A DNA stretch of 64,000 bases from a virus (taxonomy: Duplodnaviria > Heunggongvirae > Uroviricota > Caudoviricetes): the IMG/VR virus record IMGVR_UViG_3300029610_000357, positions 52,285-116,284 of that record. One strand, 5' to 3'. A model generated the notes under the pieces. The model ran no database searches and had not been told where the DNA came from. It saw only the letters and a list, made by a program, of their open reading frames with translations. The position numbers and the translations under genes were made by a program. Within the stretch, counting starts at the first letter, position 1. The number at the start of each line of letters is the position of its first letter. Shown one piece after another: positions 9,375 to 18,324 of the stretch.

Positions 9375-10502
9375 AATTCGGGGGATAAAACTGGGACCCA
9401 TGATCCAGTGCTTTTTGCCTCCTTGAAAGAGCATATCAACGACTTTTCGAACATCTGTTCCATAGCGAGCATATCTTTTTGACCAAAATTCTGTAGTAGA
9501 TAATTCATATACAGAAGTTAATGAATCGATTACGTCTTGAGGAGTTCCTTCTGGGAATTCTTTTAGACAACTGTAATAAGCTGTAAGATTTTTAATCAAC
9601 TCTTCCTTCTTTGACTGAGCATTTTTTAAAACTTTTGGTTTAAAAATTTGTTGAATTCTTTTCTGATAAGTATAGAATTCGTACTCTCTTAAGTAGCTGT
9701 GCTCATCTGGATAAAGATACTCAGGCTCGATCACATACTTAAAATAAAGTTTGGAAAACTCCTTATGAGATTTAAGTGCCTTTAGGAATTTTGGATAAAC
9801 TTCTGGATATAATCTCACAGTTGTAATGTCAAGATCGTGTTTTGGTATGCGGAGACTATCACATAAAGTATCTTCATAAATCTTACGTTCTTTTTCTGTG
9901 AGATCTCTGAGTGGTTCGAATGGACTGCTGCCACATACGATTCGTTTTTTCTGTCTGATGATTCCTCTATTTTCCATACTTACAAGCAGATTATAAAATC
10001 GTCCATGTGCTAAATTCTGCATACTCTCATAAGCTGTGTCGAAGTATGTACCAGGATATTTATCAAACTTATCAAGGTCGTAATCTTTCTTCTTTGCTGG
10101 AATGAGTCCAAGCACTTCACACCATTTGTTCTTATCCCAATTTTCATTGATGTGGTTGTCTAAGATATGGATGATCATCATTTCCATCATATAGTTGATT
10201 CCCATGAAAGGACTTCTAAGTTCCCAAGAGAATGGGTTCTCAATATATTCACCTTTGATCTTTGTGATTTTAATCTGACCATCTTTCTGCTTCTTTGTAC
10301 ATATGAAGTGATCAAGATTTGCTTTGTGGACTGCATAGTGACTCTTTCTGCCTTCTTTATCGATTCCAACTAATTGAAGAATGTCTGAGTACTTGTTGTA
10401 CTTGTGGCCTTCTTTCAGATTGGATAAATCGAAGAGATGTTGTTTTTCTTTCATGAACCAGAATTGTTCAGCTAAGTAATCGTTTCTTTCTTGTATCGTC
10501 AT
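9366..10502 (-). CDS. hypothetical protein (378 aa)
   Basis: ORF track. AGGAGG RBS (plus-strand CCTCCT at 10510-10515). No motif recognised. Confidence 0.6.
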   Translation of the reverse strand: MTIQERNDYLAEQFWFMKEKQHLFDLSNLKEGHKYNKYSDILQLVGIDKEGRKSHYAVHKANLDHFICTKKQKDGQIKITKIKGEYIENPFSWELRSPFMGINYMMEMMIIHILDNHINENWDKNKWCEVLGLIPAKKKDYDLDKFDKYPGTYFDTAYESMQNLAHGRFYNLLVSMENRGIIRQKKRIVCGSSPFEPLRDLTEKERKIYEDTLCDSLRIPKHDLDITTVRLYPEVYPKFLKALKSHKEFSKLYFKYVIEPEYLYPDEHSYLREYEFYTYQKRIQQIFKPKVLKNAQSKKEELIKNLTAYYSCLKEFPEGTPQDVIDSLTSVYELSTTEFWSKRYARYGTDVRKVVDMLFQGGKKHWIMGPSFIPRIGS

Positions 10503-11060
10503 TTTTGACCTCCTTTTTGCTGTTTCTTTTTGTTAATTCAATGAAAAAATGCATTTGTCTGAGTAATGACACTTTTCTTTCGATAAATTCACATTACCAC
10601 AGATGTAGAGTAAAATCAATAGTTTTCTGAAGAAAAAATAAAATTGTGCGAGCAATGACACTTTTTATTTCATTTAAGTACGTTTAAGGAGGCTTAGACT
10701 GGGATTTTTATGTCAAGTGTTTTTTGGAAATTTCTTAAAATAGTGCTTTCTTTGGCTGTTTTACTTGGTTTGTTCTGGATTTTTCTTTGACTTGTTGTAC
10801 TTAGATGGGTAGAAATATGGCTGTTTTATGCGATTGTACAAAAATAAAATAAATTAATTCTTTATATGCTAAAGTATTGACTTTTGAAAAATCAAGTGTT
10901 TTTTGAAAGAAATTTAAAAAAATTTTTACCGTGTGGAATTCTCAGAGAAGGGGTTTGCATTTATATAAGAAGAGCTTGGTTTTTGAAAAAATTTCAGAGA
11001 GATGGGTTTATAGCAGAACAGGTGTTCTATATTTTAGAGTGTGTTAAGAGGTGCGTTTCT

Positions 11061-11167
11061 GGGGAAAGTTTTTATGAGGGGGAGGGGTGTATGTGGGGGT
11101 GTTTGGAAAGAAATGTTGGGGATGTTTTTAGGGGGTTTTGAGGGGGTTAAATGGCGTAGATGTGGGG
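11061..11167 (+). repeat. cluster of nine G4-G5 tracts (G-quadruplex-prone)
   Basis: GGGG/GGGGG runs at 11061, 11078, 11084, 11095, 11118, 11131, 11142, 11164 and others, within ~107 nt of an otherwise AT-rich genome. Confidence 0.6.
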
Positions 11168-11323
11168 TGGAGAAACGTCTGGCTGAACTTGTGGTATAGA
11201 ATTACCAGCTATACAAATATCAGCAAAACTGCGATTTAAAAATAGTTTTAAGTAGCCCCCTAAACACTTGTAAAAGTCCGTAAATAACTATTTACTTGCG
11301 TTTTTGATCAGAAATAGATAGTC

Positions 11324-11356
11324 AAAAAAGCACGTATTTATGCGGGTTTGAGACCG
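11324..11356 (-). promoter_or_regulatory. conserved 33-nt box, copy 2 (AAAAAAGCACGTATTTATGCGGGTTTGAGACCG)
   Basis: Direct repeat of 9341-9374. Confidence 0.35.
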
Positions 11357-12327
11357 TTTGAAAAGATTTTTAAAAATAATTTTTTTAGGGTATTGCAATA
11401 TTTTCGTGGGCATGGTCTTATACAGTTGTTCAAACGAACAGGGAACTTGATAAAACAACAACCGGCAAGGGTTGTAAAACGTGCTTGCCAATATTTCAAC
11501 ATAAAAAGGGGGTAGCCCTACCCCTGTATAAAAATTGGGCGTGTACCTTGATAACTGAATAAGTCTGAATCCGTTCGGCAAGTCTCCGAACAGGTTCAAA
11601 AAATCAGTTTCTTTGGAAACTGAACGACAGGCTAAAACTCTGCCCTGTTACTCATTCGTGACAGGCAGACAAGTAAACCTTTGACTTATTGCCTGTACCC
11701 AATGTCACACGAACGTGGTACAGGATTTATAAGAAGTCGTTGCAAGTCCAAAGAAGTGTAGCAGATTTTTTGAATCGGTTCGCAAAAATACAGGTAGTGA
11801 CAGCCTGTAGACAAACTACCAAACAGACGAAAGACTTCCTAAACGATATATTTTATATTGCTTAGTATAGTCGATATGACAGGGTGTCAAACATTGACGG
11901 TTGACCCAAAACACGTTCACATACTATAAGTCCCTGTGGTGGTGGGGTCCTGTCTTTCAAGTGTTTGAGAAGCGTTGTTGTTGACACTATAACAGAGTAC
12001 CGCCCACGGTAGAAAGTTCTAACAGGCACGACAACGGCTCTCATTCGAGCTGGGTATATTGTGCATTGAATACTACTACTTATCTAGTTCAACGGTAGGA
12101 GACTAGACTCTGTGAAATAATAGGCTATGACAGGTGCAACCCCTGTATAGTATCGAGTGAGTGCATGAACACTTGCGAGCGGTCAAAAGTCCCTTTAGGG
12201 ATAATATTAGAACTCTGTGAGTTCATTAGAATACACCTAACAGGTGTGGTCTAATGAGTTCATAGGAACTCAATGCAACAAATACATATTTTTTAGGGTA
12301 CGACTGTATCCGGAATAGGAGTTTATC

Positions 12328-13305
12328 ATGAGTAGAAAATCAACAAAAACAACAACAGTAGCAAACATTACACTACCAGTCCGTAAAATGGACTTCACAG
12401 AAGCAACTAAAGAATTCCGTACTCTTTGTCGCAATTTCTACACAGATTTTGAGAAAGTCGCAGAGAACAGGGAAGCTCTACGAGCAGAGAAAACAGAGTG
12501 TGAAGAACACTTTGACACTCGAGTAAACAATGCTTTTGACGTATCCGAACCTGTGGATACAGACAAAGAATTACCAGCGGAGTATGCAGACCTTAGGAAT
12601 ATTCTAGAAAAATATTCTGTAATACAGGCTACAGGTCTGCTTTCTAAGGAAGATAATGACTATCTTTCTGCACTTTGCGATAAGTGGAAAAAAGCTGACG
12701 CAAAGATTAGAAACTTAAAAAATCCAGTGCCTGAGAAGTCTCTAGTTGTAGATGCAATCTATGACCTATACAAGGGATGCTCTACAGATATGAGTGAAAA
12801 CCGTGACGGCTACGCTCGTAAAGTCAAGGGGTTCTTTGAATCTAAAGGCATGACACTAACTTCTTATGGTTGGGATGTGTTCAATGCTTCCATTGGGTTC
12901 AATGTGAATAATGACAAAAACTTCTTAGAGACAGGTAAGTTCTTCAACCCTATCAAAAAGAGCAAGTTTGTAGAAAGATTCTATATGTTCTTCTGTGAGG
13001 GGTTTGTAAGTGCAGATTGCTTCCCTAAGACTAAGAAAGCACGTCATGTAGATGCAGAAGAACAGGCACCAGTGGCACCTCAGAAAGTTGAAACACCTGA
13101 GGAAGTACATGAAAAGTGTGCAGACGCTCGTGCTGAAATCTCAGCTCAGAAACTGGGTACAACTGAGTCCAAACCAATGGACAAAATGACAGTGGCAGAG
13201 TTACGTACTTTCATTAAGAAACATGATACAACTGCCAAAGTATCTAAGTTGAAAAAAGCTGACTTAGTAGCTATGGCTACAAAGTTCACAAATGTAGCAG
13301 CTTAA
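12328..13305 (+). CDS. hypothetical protein with C-terminal SAP/HeH (Rho-N-like) motif
   Basis: First gene of the rightward arm. GGAG RBS. C-terminus MTVAELRTFIKKHDTTAKVSKLKKADLVAMATKF. Confidence 0.6.
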   Translation: MSRKSTKTTTVANITLPVRKMDFTEATKEFRTLCRNFYTDFEKVAENREALRAEKTECEEHFDTRVNNAFDVSEPVDTDKELPAEYADLRNILEKYSVIQATGLLSKEDNDYLSALCDKWKKADAKIRNLKNPVPEKSLVVDAIYDLYKGCSTDMSENRDGYARKVKGFFESKGMTLTSYGWDVFNASIGFNVNNDKNFLETGKFFNPIKKSKFVERFYMFFCEGFVSADCFPKTKKARHVDAEEQAPVAPQKVETPEEVHEKCADARAEISAQKLGTTESKPMDKMTVAELRTFIKKHDTTAKVSKLKKADLVAMATKFTNVAA

Positions 13306-13317
13306 TCTTACACAAAT

Positions 13318-13338
13318 AAATACCCATAGTGGGTATTT
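13318..13338 (+). terminator. palindromic hairpin AAATACCCA-tag-TGGGTATTT after the gene end (weak U-tract)
   Basis: Read directly, 13 nt after the stop. Confidence 0.35.
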
Positions 13339-13344
13339 GTATAA

Positions 13345-13415
13345 GCCTGAGTGGGTACTCACTTCCAACACCTCCGAAGTGAGTACGTCACAGGGTTCGA
13401 CTCCCTGTACAGGTT
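13345..13415 (+). ncRNA. tRNA-like element: long hairpin plus canonical T-arm and acceptor-like stem
   Basis: GCCTGAG..GTACTCACTTC-caacacctcc-GAAGTGAGTAC..CAGGG-TTCGACT-CCCTG-TACAGGT. No D-arm or 7-nt anticodon loop. Confidence 0.35.
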
Positions 13416-13466
13416 ATAACTATCAATTTTGAATTGGGTACGATTGTGCCCAGAAAGGGGTATACC

Positions 13467-13763
13467 ATGATGTATACAAACAATTCAACAAATGACACGA
13501 TGCACGAAAACTACGTCAACAGCTTACAGGCAGATATTGACAAGCTCAAAGCAACTCTGCCAACAATTACAGACACCTATAAAAAAGACCAATGTATTAA
13601 ATACATTAAGGCTTTACAGGAAGAGAAACAGGAATGTAAATACGAAACCTGTGCACTCTGTGGTGGAATCTGTGACCGTTGTTACTACACAGAAGCCTGT
13701 GAACGCTACAATGGAACAGGAACGGAAACACCAGTAGTCCGCAATGGGTTTGTAATTGGATAA
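13467..13763 (+). CDS. small Cys-rich protein
   Basis: ATG 13467 follows a GGGG RBS. CALCGGICDRCYYTEAC. Confidence 0.5.
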   Translation: MMYTNNSTNDTMHENYVNSLQADIDKLKATLPTITDTYKKDQCIKYIKALQEEKQECKYETCALCGGICDRCYYTEACERYNGTGTETPVVRNGFVIG

Positions 13764-13775
13764 GGGGGTATAACC

Positions 13776-14078
13776 ATGAGTAAGAAAGTTAAAGTAGCTG
13801 TCTGTAAAGGCAGACACGAAATCCCACAGGCAATAGATGGGGCAATCTTTGAACAGACAATAACGGAAATGGATCCATTTAGTCTGTTATTAGAAGCATC
13901 AAAGAGATTGTTCTCTGACTTTGCTTTACGTAGTGGAGATAGAGTAGACCTGTATGTAACAGGTCTAACAATGGCGACTCTAGCCATAGTAAATGCTTGT
14001 CTTTCGACAGGCATAAGGATTGTATGCTATCACTATGATAGAGAAACAGGGAAATATATCCCACAGCCTATGCTGTAA
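13776..14078 (+). CDS. hypothetical protein (100 aa)
   Basis: ORF track; RBS GGGGG. Confidence 0.55.
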   Translation: MSKKVKVAVCKGRHEIPQAIDGAIFEQTITEMDPFSLLLEASKRLFSDFALRSGDRVDLYVTGLTMATLAIVNACLSTGIRIVCYHYDRETGKYIPQPML

Positions 14079-14103
14079 GACAAACTAAAACAGAAACCAA
14101 AAA

Positions 14104-14136
14104 AGCACGGAAGATAAAATAATTCCGTGCTTTTTC
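14104..14136 (+). terminator. rho-independent terminator
   Basis: AGCACGGA-loop-TCCGTGCT followed by TTTTT. Confidence 0.85.
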
Positions 14137-14160
14137 TATGCTTAAAGAAAGGAAATCAAA

Positions 14161-14448
14161 ATGAAAAAAATCAAAGCATTTTTAAAAGACAGAACAATAG
14201 AAATCATTGGATGCTCTCTAATGATTGTAGCAGTAGTTGGTTGTTATTTAATTGGGCCAAACACTCGCACAATCACAGGCACATACAACAACGGAACCAT
14301 CACGACCAAAGATGGAAACGTATGGAAAGTGTCTAATCACAACGGAATCAGCACAAACAAATCTGTTAAAGTATCTGTCAAGTTTGATACAAAAGGAACT
14401 GACAGCGTACTTGATGACGAAATTGTAGAAATCACAGAAATCAGATAG
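14161..14448 (+). CDS. membrane-anchored small protein
   Basis: One N-terminal TM helix (IEIIGCSLMIVAVVGCYLIG). Confidence 0.6.
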   Translation: MKKIKAFLKDRTIEIIGCSLMIVAVVGCYLIGPNTRTITGTYNNGTITTKDGNVWKVSNHNGISTNKSVKVSVKFDTKGTDSVLDDEIVEITEIR

Positions 14449-14468
14449 AAAAGAAAGGAAAAACAATC

Positions 14469-14948
14469 ATGAAAAAATATACAGCAACATCACAGGCAAT
14501 TAACTATGCAACAAAACACTTGTTAGACAGACCAGGGACATGGGCATCTGCGGAAACTGGAAAGATGGTAACTCGTTGGGATGATGAGCTTAAGTTTGAA
14601 TGTGAGTCAGATAAAGGAGTATTCTACACCGACAATATCATGGAAGCTGTAGGTTGGCTGTACGCAGAGCAAGACCCATATAAAGAAGAAAGCAAACCAG
14701 AATCAGAAGTAAAATTCACAACAGAAGCGAGTGTACAGGTTACAGATGAGTACATTGAGAAAGCGAAAAGGGAAGCCAAAAGAGAAATCTTGGAACATTT
14801 ACAGGCTCATTTAGATGTAATGGCACAGCAGTCTTGGGAACTTTACATAGACGAAGGTGTAGAACAAGGGAATGATATGCACTTAGGAGAGCAGAGAGCC
14901 TTTGCAATGACGCTCGCACAGGTAAACACAATTCTTAAAAACTTATAG
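14469..14948 (+). CDS. hypothetical protein
   Basis: ORF track. Shares the motif E.IE.AKREA..E.L with the next gene. Confidence 0.6.
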   Translation: MKKYTATSQAINYATKHLLDRPGTWASAETGKMVTRWDDELKFECESDKGVFYTDNIMEAVGWLYAEQDPYKEESKPESEVKFTTEASVQVTDEYIEKAKREAKREILEHLQAHLDVMAQQSWELYIDEGVEQGNDMHLGEQRAFAMTLAQVNTILKNL

Positions 14949-14965
14949 GAAAGGAAACTAAGACC

Positions 14966-15517
14966 ATGAGAACAAAAAGAGAATTAATGACAGAAATTTT
15001 AGAAACAGCTGTAATCGAATCTGTAAAATCAGATTGTGAAGTTGTCCATTACGATGTAGAAGTACACGGGGAGATGCACAGATTACAAGTAATTACAGGT
15101 CAATTTTTTGTTGAGTTTCATCATCTGGAAGATGGAGAGTATAACTACAATTGTCCACACTTAGTCTATACTTTCGATCCATGGGAAATCGAAGAAGCGT
15201 TGGATACTTTCTTTATGATGGATGGAGAAACAGGAGAACTTCATGTTGACGAAAGCAAAATCGAACTTGGTATTGACTCTGATTTTACACCAGAAGCGAA
15301 ACCAGAAATCACACGAGAAGATATCGAGGAAGCGAAAAGAGAAGCACAAATTGAGATGCTTCATCGTATTAAAACCTATAGCCTTTCTGTAAGTTTTGAA
15401 AACGCAAAGAACCTCAACAAAACAGGGAACTGCTTTTATGATGGTAAAATAGAAGCATATAAAGACATTAATGAAATGTGTGAAGCTTTGCTATACCGAT
15501 TAGGAGAAGAAGATTAA
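14966..15517 (+). CDS. hypothetical protein (distant paralog of 14469..14948)
   Basis: EDIEEAKREAQIEMLHRI versus EYIEKAKREAKREILEHL. Confidence 0.6.
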   Translation: MRTKRELMTEILETAVIESVKSDCEVVHYDVEVHGEMHRLQVITGQFFVEFHHLEDGEYNYNCPHLVYTFDPWEIEEALDTFFMMDGETGELHVDESKIELGIDSDFTPEAKPEITREDIEEAKREAQIEMLHRIKTYSLSVSFENAKNLNKTGNCFYDGKIEAYKDINEMCEALLYRLGEED

Positions 15518-15594
15518 AGCAAATCAATACATAGAGGGGTAGTGATTTGATATATATCTAGTACAAATTATATATATTTGTAGCTAGAAAATCA

Positions 15595-15633
15595 GCCTTA
15601 GATAGCCAGTAAAGGAAATCTAAGGCTTTTTTT
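15595..15633 (+). terminator. rho-independent terminator
   Basis: AGCCTTAGAT-loop-ATCTAAGGCT followed by TTTTTTT. Confidence 0.85.
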
Positions 15634-15685
15634 GTATCTATAAATATATTAATTCTTGTGGATGCACAAGAGAAAGGAAGAGCCT

Positions 15686-15958
15686 ATGGGATTAACAAAA
15701 AAAGAAATCTGTGAACGCTCAGAAACCATTGCATATTACAGTGGTTTATGTGGCGTAGAAGTGAAACAAATTACTTATGGAATTGAAGACTACATGTACT
15801 GTGAGTCTGGAGCTTGGGGTGGTGGTAAGAGCTATCACAAACTGAAAATCCAGACAGACATCAAAGGAAATATGTTCGTTAAATTACACGGGTATAGACT
15901 ATTCTTAGATGAATTCATTCGTACAGGAAAGGAACAGACAAAGCTATGGGAACAATAA
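15686..15958 (+). CDS. hypothetical protein
   Basis: ATG 15686 after a GGAAG RBS. The track start at 15656 is less likely. Confidence 0.5.
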   Translation: MGLTKKEICERSETIAYYSGLCGVEVKQITYGIEDYMYCESGAWGGGKSYHKLKIQTDIKGNMFVKLHGYRLFLDEFIRTGKEQTKLWEQ

Positions 15959-16233
15959 CATCTTTAACATTGTTTGAACAACAATGTATGGAACAAAAGA
16001 TATTCAAACTGAAAACACTAAAAGATTTTGGTCATGCAACTTACAAAGGATTTACACTTCGCAATGGTTATAGATACGGAATCACAGAGGAAGACGGAAT
16101 CCATGTTGCGACTTCAAACTGGCAGCAAGGGAATTTCATTTACATGTACTTCTACAATGAATTAACAAACCAGTGGGAAGGATTGTGGATTGACTTAGAA
16201 GACGTAGAAATTGTGGAAGAGAAAGGAAATTAA
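15946..16233 (+). CDS. hypothetical protein
   Basis: ORF track; overlapping (coupled) start. Confidence 0.5.
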   Translation: MGTITSLTLFEQQCMEQKIFKLKTLKDFGHATYKGFTLRNGYRYGITEEDGIHVATSNWQQGNFIYMYFYNELTNQWEGLWIDLEDVEIVEEKGN

Positions 16234-16234
16234 G

Positions 16235-16675
16235 ATGGAAATTATAATTATTGCAAGTGCACTTTTTGGGATTATGACCGGATGGGTGTTAGGATACTCA
16301 ATTAAAGAAGCTGAGGTAAAAGATACAAAGAACTTAGTCGATAATCTGAACAAGTTAACCAGCAAAATAACCGAAGTCGAAAAGGAACTGGCAGAAACCA
16401 AAAAGGAAAGAGATTACGAAAAAAGCATGAACATTCATTGGTTCAATGAATATGAAAGAATACGAGAAAAACATTATAGAGAAATGTCAAAACTCCGCCA
16501 GCAAACGGACTTTTTCGCAGCTGATGGAATAGACAAGTTTGTGGAAATGCGAAAACTAAAAAGCAAATGTTCAGAAGCTGTCAAGTATGCTATGAAAATG
16601 TCTCATCCAGACAACAATGGAAACGCCGAAGACTTTATGAAGTTCAGAAAGCTTTATAAAGAAATAACAGAATAG
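16235..16675 (+). CDS. membrane-anchored coiled-coil protein with C-terminal J-domain-like HPD segment
   Basis: TM helix, then VKYAMKMSHPDNNGNAEDFMKFRKLYKEI. Paralog of 40360..40794. Confidence 0.55.
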   Translation: MEIIIIASALFGIMTGWVLGYSIKEAEVKDTKNLVDNLNKLTSKITEVEKELAETKKERDYEKSMNIHWFNEYERIREKHYREMSKLRQQTDFFAADGIDKFVEMRKLKSKCSEAVKYAMKMSHPDNNGNAEDFMKFRKLYKEITE

Positions 16676-16687
16676 GAAGTGAAACAT

Positions 16688-16984
16688 ATGTGGGAAATTG
16701 GAGATAGAGTGGTTGTTACTAAAGCCCCAGGTAGAACAATTGTAGCTAAGCTAGGCTACAAGGGAACAGTTATTGATGTAGTAGATACAAGCGTACTTGT
16801 TGAATTTGATAAATACATTGGTGGACATAGTGGAAGTTGGAGTTCTCGTAACGGAAAGTTCGGACATTGTTATTGGCTACATCAGCTTGACGATGCAGAC
16901 ACAATTGGGGCTTATGTAGACTTTGCTTTAAGAGAAGAAGACTGTGTGTGTAAGAAAATCAAAAGAAAAAACAACTTCTACTAA
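16688..16984 (+). CDS. KNNYY-tail family member 1 (group A)
   Basis: MWEIGDRVVV...VEFDKYIGGHSG...; ends KRKNNFY*. ATG 16688 preferred over GTG 16679. Confidence 0.8.
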   Translation: MWEIGDRVVVTKAPGRTIVAKLGYKGTVIDVVDTSVLVEFDKYIGGHSGSWSSRNGKFGHCYWLHQLDDADTIGAYVDFALREEDCVCKKIKRKNNFY

Positions 16985-17002
16985 AAGAAAGGCAAGGTAA
17001 AC

Positions 17003-17302
17003 ATGAGAGAACTTAAACTTGAAGATTGTAAAGTTGGGATGACTCTTAAGCTAAAGGAAGATTGTCCTTTTAGAAAGTATTGGGAAATAGATCCTAAGGA
17101 ACCGGTAAAGTGCATTGTCGTAGCAATGAACAGGAGTCGAAAAGATAACATTTTTGTAGATATCTACTATGAACATGAGCGAAAATGTACCCCAAAGAAT
17201 TGGTATTTCTATACAGAGGATTCATTAATAGACACTAACGATGATGAACTAATCTCAAAAAACTTAGAGTATCCGAACAAGCGAAAGAACAATTATTACT
17301 AA
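17003..17302 (+). CDS. KNNYY-tail family member 2 (group B)
   Basis: LKLEDCKVGMTLKLKEDCPF; ends KRKNNYY*. Confidence 0.8.
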   Translation: MRELKLEDCKVGMTLKLKEDCPFRKYWEIDPKEPVKCIVVAMNRSRKDNIFVDIYYEHERKCTPKNWYFYTEDSLIDTNDDELISKNLEYPNKRKNNYY

Positions 17303-17312
17303 GAGGTGTAAT

Positions 17313-17639
17313 ATGCAGAAAGAAAGAGAAATTCAATTTGAAGATTGTCATATTGGCGATGTTTTTAAGTTAGATAGACGCTCGCCATGGGTTATGGAAT
17401 GGATAATGGAATCAAATGGATACATCCCTAGAGAAGAAATCACAGCAGAGATTGTACATATGATAAATAATGGTGACATCAAAGAAGTTGGAATAAATGT
17501 TTATATAGGTAAAGCTTCATATGATCATTATGATACTTCTTATCTCCGAGAGGGAAGTAGGTATAAGGAAGACAATCTTGAAATGAATCTTAAAATGAAA
17601 AATCGTATCAAAGCAGGAAGAAAGAACAATTATTATTAG
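17313..17639 (+). CDS. KNNYY-tail family member 3 (group B)
   Basis: IQFEDCHIGDVFKLDRRSPW; ends GRKNNYY*. Confidence 0.8.
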   Translation: MQKEREIQFEDCHIGDVFKLDRRSPWVMEWIMESNGYIPREEITAEIVHMINNGDIKEVGINVYIGKASYDHYDTSYLREGSRYKEDNLEMNLKMKNRIKAGRKNNYY

Positions 17640-17649
17640 GAGTGGTTAT

Positions 17650-17958
17650 ATGAAGACAAAAGAAAGGGGAATTCGATTCGAAGATTGCCATGTTGGAGAT
17701 GTACTTAGGTTAAAAACAAGATGTCCTTTTGTGGACTTTTACCTTACATCTGAAGGAATTCCTGTGGCAAAAGAAGATAAGGTCACCGCAACAGTAGTTC
17801 ATAAAGGAAAAAATATTCTTGATGTAATAGTACATGTAAATGGAAAAAGATGTGCACTATATTGGGATTGTTGGCTTGCAAGTCCTACGGCTTATCGTGA
17901 ACATAATCTTCACATTAATGTCGATTCAAAGATTAATCGAAAGAACAACTATTATTAG
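17650..17958 (+). CDS. KNNYY-tail family member 4 (group B)
   Basis: IRFEDCHVGDVLRLKTRCPF; ends NRKNNYY*. Confidence 0.8.
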   Translation: MKTKERGIRFEDCHVGDVLRLKTRCPFVDFYLTSEGIPVAKEDKVTATVVHKGKNILDVIVHVNGKRCALYWDCWLASPTAYREHNLHINVDSKINRKNNYY

Positions 17959-17983
17959 ATATAAGAGAAAGGAAAATAAGGCT

Positions 17984-18277
17984 ATGGGATATTTTAAAGT
18001 AGGAGATAGAGTAGAAGTTATTAAAAGCCATACCGAGGATTCATGTATTGATCACTATGCTCCTGTAGGGCTTAAAGGAACTGTAGTTTATACAGAACCG
18101 AGACATTTGACAAAGCAAATAGCTGTTGAGTTTGATAAGTCTTTTAAAGAAGGACACGGTTGTGATGGAAAAGTAAGAGGTAAGCGAGGGCAGTGGTATG
18201 AATATGATCCACATTCCAATATATATTGGAAAAATTGCTTAAAAATCTTATCCAAAAAGAAAAACAACTATTACTAA
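17984..18277 (+). CDS. KNNYY-tail family member 5 (group A)
   Basis: MGYFKVGDRVEVIK...VEFDKSFKEGHG; ends KKKNNYY*. ATG 17984 after an AGGAAA RBS; the track start at 17840 overlaps the previous gene. Confidence 0.75.
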   Translation: MGYFKVGDRVEVIKSHTEDSCIDHYAPVGLKGTVVYTEPRHLTKQIAVEFDKSFKEGHGCDGKVRGKRGQWYEYDPHSNIYWKNCLKILSKKKNNYY

Positions 18278-18324
18278 AGGTATTTCAAAATCAGTGGAGT
18301 GATTTTTGTTAATACATGAAGAAA

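Noticed and set aside
10884-12044. ORFs 10884..11141(+), 11288..11599(-) and 11862..12044(-) in the hub
   Set aside because: No RBS and odd composition (a Gly-rich product of the G-tracts). They overlap hairpin-dense DNA and are likely spurious.
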